Sequence record: OQ174501.1
Reading direction: 5' to 3' (one strand)
DNA from: Escherichia phage REP2
Length of the DNA stretch: 64,000 nucleotides
Shown: piece after piece, positions 1 through 8,906 of the stretch
How positions within the stretch are numbered: the first letter of the stretch is position 1
Layout of the letters: every line of letters starts with the position of its first letter
Notes under the pieces: model-generated
Databases searched by the model: none
Seen by the model: the letters and a program-made list of their open reading frames with translations, nothing else
What the model was told of the DNA's origin: nothing
Made by a program: the position numbers and the translations under genes

Positions 1-27
1 AGCCCCGACCGAAAGGTTGGGGCTTTT
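1..27 (+). terminator. Rho-independent terminator hairpin
   Basis: agcccc..ggttggggc stem followed by a T-run; a near-identical copy recurs at 557-585. Confidence 0.55.
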
Positions 28-30
28 TAG

Positions 31-38
31 TATAAATA
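31..38 (+). promoter_or_regulatory. T4-type late promoter (TATAAATA)
   Basis: Exact TATAAATA about 40 nt upstream of the Ip gene start. Confidence 0.5.
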
Positions 39-74
39 AGTATATTAAAACCACGAATTAAAACAGGAAATAAG

Positions 75-548
75 ATGAAATCATATGCTCAATTTTTAAA
101 TGAAGCGGTGTTAAATGAAGCATCTAGCACTGAAATTCAAGCTGTTGCAAAAGCTGCCATTGCCGCGGGTAAATATTCCTATAAAGATGCTTCCGATGAA
201 TCACGATTCCAATTTGCTCGTGATATGAAAGCCGAAGGATTTACAGGGAATGCAGTTAGTATGGCTTGGAAAAGTTTAGTTGCTACTGGAGCTGCTTTTG
301 CAAAGGCTTCGGGTAAACCTGCTCCTAAAGCAGATCCTAAAGCTGCACAAGAAAAAAATATTGTTAAAGGAATTATCTCCAAATATGAAGCTATCCTTAA
401 AGAGCTTTTAGTAATCAAAACTGAAGGCCAAAAGCTAGCTCGTGCTTATAGTTTCAAAGATAACCCACATGCTCACTCTCTTGAGTATGTTGAAGACATC
501 CAAAAAATTATTAAAGACCGCATTTGGTCTGCTAAACAAATCAAATAA
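75..548 (+). CDS. Internal protein (Ip) with capsid-targeting N-terminus
   Basis: N-terminus MKSYAQFLNE|A resembles the T4 Ip capsid-targeting sequence with a gp21-type LxE cleavage site; 157 aa; Lys/Ala-rich. Confidence 0.65.
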   Translation: MKSYAQFLNEAVLNEASSTEIQAVAKAAIAAGKYSYKDASDESRFQFARDMKAEGFTGNAVSMAWKSLVATGAAFAKASGKPAPKADPKAAQEKNIVKGIISKYEAILKELLVIKTEGQKLARAYSFKDNPHAHSLEYVEDIQKIIKDRIWSAKQIK

Positions 549-556
549 CATTCTTA

Positions 557-585
557 GCCCTAGCCGAAAGGTTGGGGCTTTTTGG
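557..585 (+). terminator. Rho-independent terminator hairpin
   Basis: agccctagccgaaaggttggggc + T-run; direct repeat of 1-27. Confidence 0.55.
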
Positions 586-704
586 TATCTAGGCCTTTCC
601 AGGCCTCTCTAGACATCATTTAGTTTCTACCCTTTATAATATATTATCCTATCCTTTAATTGCCCCTCCCTGCCCTAGAATTCCCCAAAACTTTTTAAAT
701 TTTT

Positions 705-752
705 TTCACAAAACTGTTTACATCCCTGTTCTTCCATGGTACTATACAACTA
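705..752 (+). promoter_or_regulatory. T4 early promoter
   Basis: aaaactGTTTACa -35 (716-721) and TACTAT -10 (740-745), about 18-nt spacer; conserved leader ending ggagaatgaaATG. Confidence 0.6.
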
Positions 753-788
753 TCAACTACTGATACAGAAAACAACTTGGAGAATGAA

Positions 789-1052
789 ATGGATAATTAC
801 GGCGAACTGTTCAACTTCTTTATGAAATGTGTTTCAGAAGATTTTGGTCGTACAGTGAATGATATTAAAGTTATCGGTCCTGACCATCCGATGTTTGAAA
901 CTTATGCAGTAATGGGTAATGAAGACGGTCAGTGGTATACTGTAAAGGTTGTGATTAACATGTTCACTGCTGAAGGTTATGTTAAACTGTCTTCTAAAGT
1001 TTACCATGATAACGATGAAATCGCAGAAGAATATTTCAATAATATGAAATAA
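789..1052 (+). CDS. Hypothetical protein
   Basis: ORF with SD ggagaa 5 nt upstream of ATG 789; the ORF track extends it to a TTG at 777. Confidence 0.55.
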   Translation: MDNYGELFNFFMKCVSEDFGRTVNDIKVIGPDHPMFETYAVMGNEDGQWYTVKVVINMFTAEGYVKLSSKVYHDNDEIAEEYFNNMK

Positions 1053-1121
1053 TTGTGTACAAACACCAAGGACGGTGTTATTATAGACTTATCAAAACAA
1101 ATACAGAAAACGGAGAAATAA

Positions 1122-1298
1122 ATGACTACTTTAATTATTTGGTTTGACGAAAATGAAGAAACATACTGCGTGAACATTGGCGAAAGCCCAATGCCAGAAT
1201 TTGAATCTTCAGATAAAAACTCGGTTGTATCTTGGGCTGAAGGTTATAAAGCAGCAAAAGGCGATGTTGAAATAGTTTACAAACTATCCGGAGTATAA
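1122..1298 (+). CDS. Hypothetical small protein (58 aa)
   Basis: ATG preceded by cggagaaataa; fills the gap between flanking ORFs; below the ORF-track size cut-off. Confidence 0.4.
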   Translation: MTTLIIWFDENEETYCVNIGESPMPEFESSDKNSVVSWAEGYKAAKGDVEIVYKLSGV

Positions 1299-1341
1299 TA
1301 CTCTCGTGGATTTTAAATCTTAATTAACCTAAGGAAATACT

Positions 1342-1935
1342 ATGAACACACTGAAGAAAATTGTTGAGTTTATTCGCACTAAACTTGGTTCTGCTATGGC
1401 TAAAAATCTATCTGTTGAAGAGCAGTATACCGCTGCGGCAGCAAAACTACTTGATAAGATTAAAGATCTAAAAACTGCTTCTGTTAAATCTATTAATGAA
1501 GAAAAGCGTATTCGTGAACTTATTGTCGAAAAGAATAAGCAGGCCGAATCAAAAGAGCGTGAAATTCGCAAGCTTCTTTCGGAAGGTCAAGATGTAACAA
1601 TGCATGCTAAACTTGGTTTACTATATCGTCGAACAGCTGAGCAGTTGACTACTAAAGCTGATGGTTATGCTGAAATGCGAATTGAAATCGCCAAGAAAGT
1701 AGTTGAGTTAGATGATGCTCGTCAAGAACTTGCGGTTAAATTGGAATATATCCGTGAAACTCGTGCAGCAAATGCCCTTGGAATTAGTACTGCCGATGAT
1801 GTAGTTGAAATTGCAGCACTGACTAAGGTTGATATTGAAGATACCCTTGCTCGAGTTGAAACCTTTAACGGCAATATTTCTGGGGTTGAAACTACCTCTG
1901 CCGATGTTCAGGAATACATTAATTCTCTGAAATAA
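1342..1935 (+). CDS. Coiled-coil protein, possibly PspA/IM30-like
   Basis: 197 aa, heptad-rich helical sequence; SD aaggaaa upstream. Confidence 0.5.
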
Positions 1936-1976
1936 TGATAAGGGGCTTCGGCCCCTATTACTTGGAGTAAGTAGGA

Positions 1977-2582
1977 ATGAAAATGCAAAGTGATTTCAAT
2001 TCAATGTTTGAAGAGTTCCAAAGACAGGTTGATGTTCCAGACCAATTATTAAATGCTCTTAAACGTATGGCAGAAGGACGTAATTACTATTGGGGTTCTT
2101 CATATGAAACTGATGAAAGTCTTTCTGGATTTTATAAAGGTAAAAAGTCTTTAATACGTCCTGGAATACTTATTAACAGTATTGAATCAATTCATTCATT
2201 AACATGTGATTTTGATGTTGAATTTACTGATTTCATTTCTCCTGAATGGACAGTATGTTATTTAAACGACGATTATGATTATCTTGGCGTTTATAGTTTA
2301 AGTGATGCATGGTTTAAACGTAATTTACAAAAGTCAAATTTATTTTATATTGATACTACGGTAAAATTTCAGGGAAAGAAATATTTCTTTACTCTTATAG
2401 TTGATTCTGAAACAAAGCATGAAAATAAACGTATTCTTAGTAAAAAGAATATCTTAACTATTGTTGATGATCTTTTTGATAAATTCGTAGAAAATCCTAA
2501 TTTTGAAAGCGATTTATTATTAGAAAAATTTGTTAAGGAATGTAGAGAATATGTCAAAGCCATCACTATACCTTCCAAGTAA
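1977..2582 (+). CDS. Hypothetical protein
   Basis: 201 aa; C-terminus FVKECREY shares the junction motif seen in the next three genes. Confidence 0.55.
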   Translation: MKMQSDFNSMFEEFQRQVDVPDQLLNALKRMAEGRNYYWGSSYETDESLSGFYKGKKSLIRPGILINSIESIHSLTCDFDVEFTDFISPEWTVCYLNDDYDYLGVYSLSDAWFKRNLQKSNLFYIDTTVKFQGKKYFFTLIVDSETKHENKRILSKKNILTIVDDLFDKFVENPNFESDLLLEKFVKECREYVKAITIPSK

Positions 2583-2943
2583 ACCGTTGAAGTATGAATT
2601 AAAGCGTCAGATAATTTCTACTGATGTGTTAATAGGTCCTGTGGTAGCCGTATCATTTGTGATTCTGCTGATTGCTGGAATAGTTATAGACGTTATGACT
2701 GATATTGAATCTGGTGCAATATTTGGAGCAACACTAATTCTTCCATTGGTAGTTCCGCTTTTATTAGTACCTATAAATTGGATAGGATATTGGTATCAAG
2801 GAAGACACTATCGTAAACGTGTACGTGAATGGAAAGCTCAGTGTAAAAAGATTAAAAAGGAACACCAGCTTAAACTTGCTGCGCATGAATTTAATGAAAT
2901 TATGAAATTTGTTAAGGAATCACGATGCAAAAGCCAAAACTAA
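2551..2943 (+). CDS. Small membrane protein (2 TM), paralogue family
   Basis: Hydrophobic segments VVAVSFVILLIAGIVI and LILPLVVPLLLVPI; charged C-terminal tail ending KESRCK. Confidence 0.55.
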   Translation: MSKPSLYLPSKPLKYELKRQIISTDVLIGPVVAVSFVILLIAGIVIDVMTDIESGAIFGATLILPLVVPLLLVPINWIGYWYQGRHYRKRVREWKAQCKKIKKEHQLKLAAHEFNEIMKFVKESRCKSQN

Positions 2944-3287
2944 ATAAAGTCAAATATTCTCTTCCTGAGTCATTTTTAATTTTTGCTGTAGCGTTGGCTA
3001 CAGCTCTTGCGGGTAGTCTTTTTGGATTGTTAATTGACTGTCTTATTTTAAACATTGACGGCACAGTAAATATAATAGAAGTTTGGAGTGAACTTCGTTA
3101 TACTATAGCGATTTCATTATTTTCATTCTTTGGTACCATGTTATATTTTCATTATGATAATTTTAAAATAAATTGGCAAAGAAAAAAGGATTACAAAATA
3201 CAATTAAATGAATATAATAACTACATGTCTTATATTGAAAAAGAATCAATGGAAGAGTTTGTGAGTGATTGTAGGAAAATTAAATGA
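2925..3287 (+). CDS. Small membrane protein (2 TM), paralogue family
   Basis: 120 aa; TM segments; C-terminal SDCRKIK. Confidence 0.55.
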   Translation: MQKPKLNKVKYSLPESFLIFAVALATALAGSLFGLLIDCLILNIDGTVNIIEVWSELRYTIAISLFSFFGTMLYFHYDNFKINWQRKKDYKIQLNEYNNYMSYIEKESMEEFVSDCRKIK

Positions 3288-3772
3288 TTTTAAAAACTCG
3301 CTGGTATGATTTAGATGATGGGGACGATGGCATTTCAGTTGATAGAGTTGACTGGAGTGGCTGTTCCGAAGATATGAAAAAATTGTTAATTAGGGAGTTT
3401 AGAATGGGATATCAAGCAGCTAAGCCATCTACTGTAACAGATGATAAATTCGTGTGTATTCAAAATGGTCGTGCTAAGTTAACGAACGCTGATTGGTTCA
3501 CAGATAAGAAGGTTATTCTGTGGTATATTATTAGTTTTCCTGTGACATCATTTGTATTTTGCTTCTTTGGAGAAAGTCCAGTAGGCAGAACGGAAGATTG
3601 GATTCTTTTAATTATACTTGTTAATATTTTTACAGCAGCAGTACTATCAGGAATATGGTGCGTGTTCATTGAAATGCCATGGCGGTTACGTAGGCAGCAA
3701 AAGATTTTTGATGAAAAGAAATATACTCAAAATTTAAATAATTTTATCACTGAATGCAGGAAATTAAAATGA
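3284..3772 (+). CDS. Small membrane protein, paralogue family
   Basis: 162 aa; TM segments; C-terminal TECRKLK; its stop overlaps the nudE start (ATGA). Confidence 0.55.
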   Translation: MILKTRWYDLDDGDDGISVDRVDWSGCSEDMKKLLIREFRMGYQAAKPSTVTDDKFVCIQNGRAKLTNADWFTDKKVILWYIISFPVTSFVFCFFGESPVGRTEDWILLIILVNIFTAAVLSGIWCVFIEMPWRLRRQQKIFDEKKYTQNLNNFITECRKLK

Positions 3773-4208
3773 AAACATTATCAGCTGGTATTATCTTTAT
3801 GACAGAAGATAAAGATTTATTTATGGGACGAGTTACTGGTTCTCGTAAGCCTGGAATGATGGCACATCGCTGGATATTCCAAAGGGGCGTGTAGAAAATT
3901 CTGATTTAAGCGCATTAGATGCAGCACGAAGAGAATGCTCAGAAGAGACTGGTTTTAACAATTATAATCCAGACCTTCTAGAAGACCTAGGTGTATTTAA
4001 ATATTCTAGTAATAAAGACTTACAGTTATTTTATTATACGATTCCAGTAGAGCATGAGATGTTCAGAAATTGCCGTTGTGAGTCTTATTTTGAAAATAAA
4101 GATGGCGTTATGATTCCAGAGATGGATGCTTTTGCTCTTATTCCTCGTACTCAGTGGCAATATGTGATGGGTCCTTCACTTTACCGAATAATGAACAGCC
4201 TCTTTTAA
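3769..4208 (+). pseudogene. nudE: Nudix hydrolase NudE (e.1) with apparent 1-nt deletion frameshift
   Basis: N-terminal 41 codons (MKTLSAGIIFMTED...MMAHRW) stop at 3892-3894; the rest, including the Nudix box GRVENSDLSALDAARRECSEETGF, continues in the -1 frame to 4208. The break is at tgg(g)atattcc. Confidence 0.6.
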
Positions 4209-4778
<570 letters not shown>

Positions 4779-4798
4779 CAGTTACTTGGAGGGATAAA

Positions 4799-5215
4799 AT
4801 GACTCGTATTAATTTGACTTTAGTATCTGAACTTGCTGATCAACATTTAATCGCAGAATACCGTGAATTGCCACGCGTTTTTGGTATAATTCGTAAGCAT
4901 GTGGCAAACGGTAAGCGCGTTAAAGATTTTAAAATATCTTCCGAGTTTATTTTAGGTTCTGGTCATGTTACGTTCTTTTACGATAAGTTAGAATTTTTGC
5001 GAAAGCGTCAATTAGACATTATAACGGAATGCTTAAAACGCGGGTTCAGTATAAAAGATACTGAAGTTCCTGACATCAGCGATATTCCAATAGAATGGAA
5101 AAATGATTATAATCCATGCAAATCAGCTATTAAATTGAGTCAACAACGACTTGATGAAAAAATTTTAATGAAACCACACTGGTATAAGTATTACGGTAAA
5201 AATATTTACATTTAA
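4799..5215 (+). CDS. denV: Endonuclease V (pyrimidine dimer DNA glycosylase)
   Basis: 138 aa; [17 protein letters not shown]...YRELPRVFG matches T4 DenV as I recall it. Confidence 0.93.
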   Translation: MTRINLTLVSELADQHLIAEYRELPRVFGIIRKHVANGKRVKDFKISSEFILGSGHVTFFYDKLEFLRKRQLDIITECLKRGFSIKDTEVPDISDIPIEWKNDYNPCKSAIKLSQQRLDEKILMKPHWYKYYGKNIYI

Positions 5216-5224
5216 AGGAAACAT

Positions 5225-5698
5225 ATGAAAACATATCAAGAATTTATCACTGAAGCAGCTATTAATTCTCAAATTATTGCTGAATCTTTTACCGATCTTT
5301 TGAAATTTAAAAAAGGTCAAAAAATCACTGCTGTATTGGATGATGGTACAGAAGTTGAGATGGATGTACAGGGATATAATTATGCAGTAGATGGAAAACT
5401 GTATAATAAATCTCATGCTAAATTTGATTCATTTGACGACTTTGTTAATACAGTTGAAGATGAAAAAACTCGTAGATCCATTGCAACTGGCGACGCTAAG
5501 GTTCTTATGGCACATGGCCATGAACGCATCCGCGCTAAACAGAATAAAATGGGCGAAGATAATTTTGCATTAGTTGGTTATCAATCTGGTAAACAAACTT
5601 ATGGCTATCAACGTACTGCTACCATGTATAATAAAAATGGTAAAATCGCTTTCGTGAATAGTAAAGGTTCTATTCAGTACGTTAAATCGTTCAAATAA
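5225..5698 (+). CDS. Internal protein (Ip) with capsid-targeting N-terminus
   Basis: MKTYQEFITE|A capsid-targeting sequence; 157 aa. Confidence 0.7.
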   Translation: MKTYQEFITEAAINSQIIAESFTDLLKFKKGQKITAVLDDGTEVEMDVQGYNYAVDGKLYNKSHAKFDSFDDFVNTVEDEKTRRSIATGDAKVLMAHGHERIRAKQNKMGEDNFALVGYQSGKQTYGYQRTATMYNKNGKIAFVNSKGSIQYVKSFK

Positions 5699-5837
5699 TA
5701 TGGGAACAACCTGGACCTCATGATTCTATGAGGGATTCCCGCCAACCTGTAATAAGGTCGAGCCTGAGTGCGGTAATGGGTAAATACAGAAATGGACAAT
5801 TCATGCGCCACGGAATGGCCCAAATTTAGAGAGAATA

Positions 5838-6379
5838 AAATGAGAACATTTTTAACTGGTCCTTATCTATCCCTGATGAATGCTTTTACACACCATTCTG
5901 ACGCTAGAGTAGAAGAAATTTGTAAAAACGAATATATCCCGCCATTTGAAGAATTACTTAAACAGTACTGCACACTTCGACTAGATGGTGGACGTCAATC
6001 TGGTAAATCAACTGCAGTAACTAATTTTGCCGCTAATTGGTTGTATGACGGTGGAACAGTTATTGTTCTTTCTAATACTTCAGCTTACGCTAAAATTTCT
6101 GCAAATAACATTAAAAAGGAATTTTCGCGTTATTCTAATGATGATATACGTTTTCGTTTATTTACTGATTCTGTACGCAGTTTTATTGGTAATAAAGGAA
6201 GTAAGTTCAGAGGTTTATCGCTTTCGCGAATTTTGTATATAATTGACGAGCCTGTCAAATCTCCTGATATGGATAAGATTTATAGTGTCCATATTGACAC
6301 TGTACACTGCTGCTGTAATATTAAATGTTGTATTGGTGGTATTACTCGTCCACAGTTTTTCGTAATCGGAATGCAATGA
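5838..6379 (+). CDS. P-loop (Walker A) protein
   Basis: GGRQSGKST Walker A motif; start placed at the ATG after ggagagaataaa (ORF track starts at 5792); Cys-rich C-terminus. Confidence 0.5.
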
Positions 6380-6705
6380 TGACAGACACACAGCTTTTCG
6401 AATATCTCTATTTTTCGCCAAAAACTATTAAAAATAAATTGGTAAATCATTTTGAAATTTTGGCAAATAACAACATTTTAAGCGAATTTTATCCCAAGCA
6501 ATACAAATTACAAAAAGGCGTATTCAAAGGATGCAGAGTTTTGTGCACGGCTCCTAATGCACGGCTAATGAATAAAATTCCATATTTTACCATGGAATTT
6601 ATTGATGGGCCTTTTAAAGGACTAATCACACAGAGTTTAATGGCATATGATTCTGAGCCATTTTTAATTAAAGAACAATCTTGGATAAATTTATTTTCTA
6701 ATTGA
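6376..6705 (+). CDS. Hypothetical protein
   Basis: ATGA start/stop overlap with the previous gene; 109 aa. Confidence 0.5.
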   Translation: MMTDTQLFEYLYFSPKTIKNKLVNHFEILANNNILSEFYPKQYKLQKGVFKGCRVLCTAPNARLMNKIPYFTMEFIDGPFKGLITQSLMAYDSEPFLIKEQSWINLFSN

Positions 6706-6711
6706 GGTTAT

Positions 6712-7074
6712 ATGAAAGCATATCAAATTCTTGAAGGCACACATAAAGGTACTATTTATTTTGAAGATGGTATTCAAGCACGAATTATTGTCTCTAAAAC
6801 CTTTAAAGAGGACTCTTTTGTAGACCCAGAAATTTTCTATGGTTTGCATGCCCGTGAAATTGAAATTGAGCAACAGCCTACAGTTAAAATTGAAGGTGGT
6901 CAACACCTGAACGTTAACGTTCTGCGTCGTGAAACTCTGGAAGATGCAGTTAAGCATCCGGAAAAATATCCGCAGCTGACCATCCGTGTATCCGGTTATG
7001 CAGTTCGCTTTAACTCTCTGACTCCGGAACAGCAGCGCGACGTTATCGCTCGTACCTTCACCGAGAGTTTGTAA
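6712..7074 (+). CDS. Autonomous glycyl radical cofactor (GrcA/YfiD-like)
   Basis: C-terminal ~60 aa ([59 protein letters not shown]) matches E. coli GrcA with the glycyl-radical RVSGY motif; this half has host-like codon usage (ctg, cgt, ccg). Confidence 0.85.
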   Translation: MKAYQILEGTHKGTIYFEDGIQARIIVSKTFKEDSFVDPEIFYGLHAREIEIEQQPTVKIEGGQHLNVNVLRRETLEDAVKHPEKYPQLTIRVSGYAVRFNSLTPEQQRDVIARTFTESL

Positions 7075-7295
7075 TGGCAAAGATAATTATTGAAGGTTCT
7101 GAAGATGTGCTAAATGCTTTCGCCGAGTGGTTTAGTAATTCAGGCGAACAGCAATTTAACGAAGCATGGAACATGGGTGATATTAATGGAATTTATCCTA
7201 CGACAGAAATTTCTGTTCAAGGATATGGCATTCATGAACCTATTCGTTTAGTTGAATATGATTTGGGAACAGGTGAGGAAGTAAAATATGATTGA
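7074..7295 (+). CDS. Hypothetical small acidic protein
   Basis: TAATG overlap with the upstream gene; 73 aa. Confidence 0.5.
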   Translation: MAKIIIEGSEDVLNAFAEWFSNSGEQQFNEAWNMGDINGIYPTTEISVQGYGIHEPIRLVEYDLGTGEEVKYD

Positions 7296-7554
7296 AGACA
7301 TTAAAGGTTATAAACCACATACTGACGATAAAATCAGTAAAGTGAATGCTATCAAAGATGCTGAAGTTCGTTTAGGGCTTATCTTTGATGCTTTATATGA
7401 TGAATTCTGGGAAGCATTTGATAGCTGTGAAGATGATGAACTCGCGAAGAATTACGCCGAAAGCCTCGATCAGTTAACTATTGCTAAAACGAAACTCAAA
7501 GAATCCAGTATGTGGGCTTGTCGTGCAGTGTTCCAACCAGAGGAAAAATACTAA
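7288..7554 (+). CDS. Hypothetical small helical protein
   Basis: 88 aa; SD upstream. Confidence 0.5.
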   Translation: MIEDIKGYKPHTDDKISKVNAIKDAEVRLGLIFDALYDEFWEAFDSCEDDELAKNYAESLDQLTIAKTKLKESSMWACRAVFQPEEKY

Positions 7555-7832
7555 TGGCTCAATTAAGCGCAGGGTTTGGTTATGAGTATTATACTGCCCC
7601 TCGTCGTGTATCTGTTGCTCCTAAGAAAATTCAAAGTCTTGATGATTTCCAGGAAGTAGTTCGTAACGCTTTCCAGGACTATGCACGTTATCTTAAAGAA
7701 GATTCACAGGACTGTCTCGAAGAAGATGAAATTGCTTACTATGAGCAGCGTCTTGAACAGCTCAAAAATCTACATGAGGTTCGTGCAGAAGTTTCAAAGT
7801 CTATGAATAAATTGATTAGATTTAAAGAATAA
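7554..7832 (+). CDS. Hypothetical small helical protein (vs.3/vs.4 position)
   Basis: ATG 7554 after SD gagga (ORF track starts at 7512); 92 aa; immediately upstream of regB. Confidence 0.5.
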   Translation: MAQLSAGFGYEYYTAPRRVSVAPKKIQSLDDFQEVVRNAFQDYARYLKEDSQDCLEEDEIAYYEQRLEQLKNLHEVRAEVSKSMNKLIRFKE

Positions 7833-7866
7833 CTGTTTACTTTTCCTCTTGACTGTGGTATAATTT
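7830..7866 (+). promoter_or_regulatory. T4 early promoter (regB)
   Basis: GTTTAC 7835-7840, TATAAT 7859-7864. Confidence 0.65.
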
Positions 7867-7891
7867 TTCTATCAGTTAAGAGGAGAATAAC

Positions 7892-8353
7892 ATGACTATC
7901 AATACAGAAGTTTTTATCCGTCGAAATAAGCTTCGTCGTCACTTTGAGTCGGAGTTTCGTCAAATTAACAATGAGATTCGTGAGGCATCAAAAGCAGCAG
8001 GAGTCTCATCGTTTCATCTAAAATATTCTCAACATCTTCTTGATCGTGCAATTCAACGGGAGATTGATGAGACATATGTTTTTGAATTATTCCATAAAAT
8101 AAAAGACCATGTTTTAGAAGTTAATGAATTCCTGAGTATGCCTCCGCGTCCTGACATTGACGAGGATTTTATTGATGGGGTTGAATATCGTCCTGGACGT
8201 TTAGAAATCACAGATGGAAATCTTTGGCTTGGATTTACAGTTTGTAAACCTAACGCGAAGTTCAAAGACCCGTCACTTCAATGTAGGATGGCAATTATCA
8301 ACAGTCGTCGTTTACCAGGAAAGGCTTCTAAAGCAGTAATTAAAACTCAATGA
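7892..8353 (+). CDS. regB: RegB site-specific endoribonuclease
   Basis: 153 aa; MTINTEVFIRRNKLRRHFESEFRQINNEIREASK matches T4 RegB as I recall it. Confidence 0.93.
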   Translation: MTINTEVFIRRNKLRRHFESEFRQINNEIREASKAAGVSSFHLKYSQHLLDRAIQREIDETYVFELFHKIKDHVLEVNEFLSMPPRPDIDEDFIDGVEYRPGRLEITDGNLWLGFTVCKPNAKFKDPSLQCRMAIINSRRLPGKASKAVIKTQ

Positions 8354-8360
8354 GGTAAGC

Positions 8361-8906
8361 ATGAGAAAAGCACTACTCGCTGGTCTATTGGCCATTTCAA
8401 TGATGGCACATAGCTCCGAGCATACTTTCAGTAATGTCCAACTCGATAACATGCGTTACGCGTATCAATTCGGGGAACAATTTTCTAAGGATGGAAAATA
8501 TAAAACACACAAAAATATCCACAAGAGCGGATTAGGTCATATAATGGCTGCTATTTTATGGCAAGAAAGCTCTGCCGGAGTTAATTTAAAATCTAAACCA
8601 AAGCATCATGCCTATGGAATGTTCCAAAATTATTTGCCTACTATGCGAGCAAGAGTTAAGGAACTTGGTTATAATATGACCGATGCTGAAATAAAAAGAA
8701 TGTTGAATAAACGGTCCAATTCAGCTTCCTGGGCGTACATTGAACTTTCTTATTGGTTAAATATACATAAGGGCGATATAAGAAAGGCGATATCCTCTTA
8801 TAATTCGGGATGGAATGTTAAAGCAGGTTCTAAATATGCTTCTGAAGTCCTAGAAAAGGCTAATTACCTTAAAAATAATAAACTTTTGGAAATAGTAAAT
8901 GACTAA
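8361..8906 (+). CDS. Periplasmic lytic transglycosylase-like protein
   Basis: Signal peptide MRKALLAGLLAISMMAHS; family-1 LT motifs WQESSAG, GMFQ, SYNSGW. Confidence 0.65.
   Translation: MRKALLAGLLAISMMAHSSEHTFSNVQLDNMRYAYQFGEQFSKDGKYKTHKNIHKSGLGHIMAAILWQESSAGVNLKSKPKHHAYGMFQNYLPTMRARVKELGYNMTDAEIKRMLNKRSNSASWAYIELSYWLNIHKGDIRKAISSYNSGWNVKAGSKYASEVLEKANYLKNNKLLEIVND

Noticed and set aside
179-418. Minus-strand ORFs from the six-frame track that overlap well-supported plus-strand genes (for example 179-418, 1329-1571, 35035-35418, 38129-38545, 41683-41970, 49295-49525, 52831-53199, 57866-58231, 61967-62425)
   Set aside because: They lie fully inside confident plus-strand genes, lack ribosome-binding sites and have low-complexity translations typical of antisense frames of AT-rich DNA. 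Only the HNH gene (36457-37170) and the small ORF at 52424-52624 have intergenic positions and their own SD sequences.
6027-6242. Plus-strand alternative-frame ORFs inside genes (6027-6242, 15020-15214, 26875-27069, 32350-32571, 35001-35264, 43073-43258, 46216-46410, 54008-54220)
   Set aside because: Embedded out of frame in genes with strong homology support; no independent translation signals.
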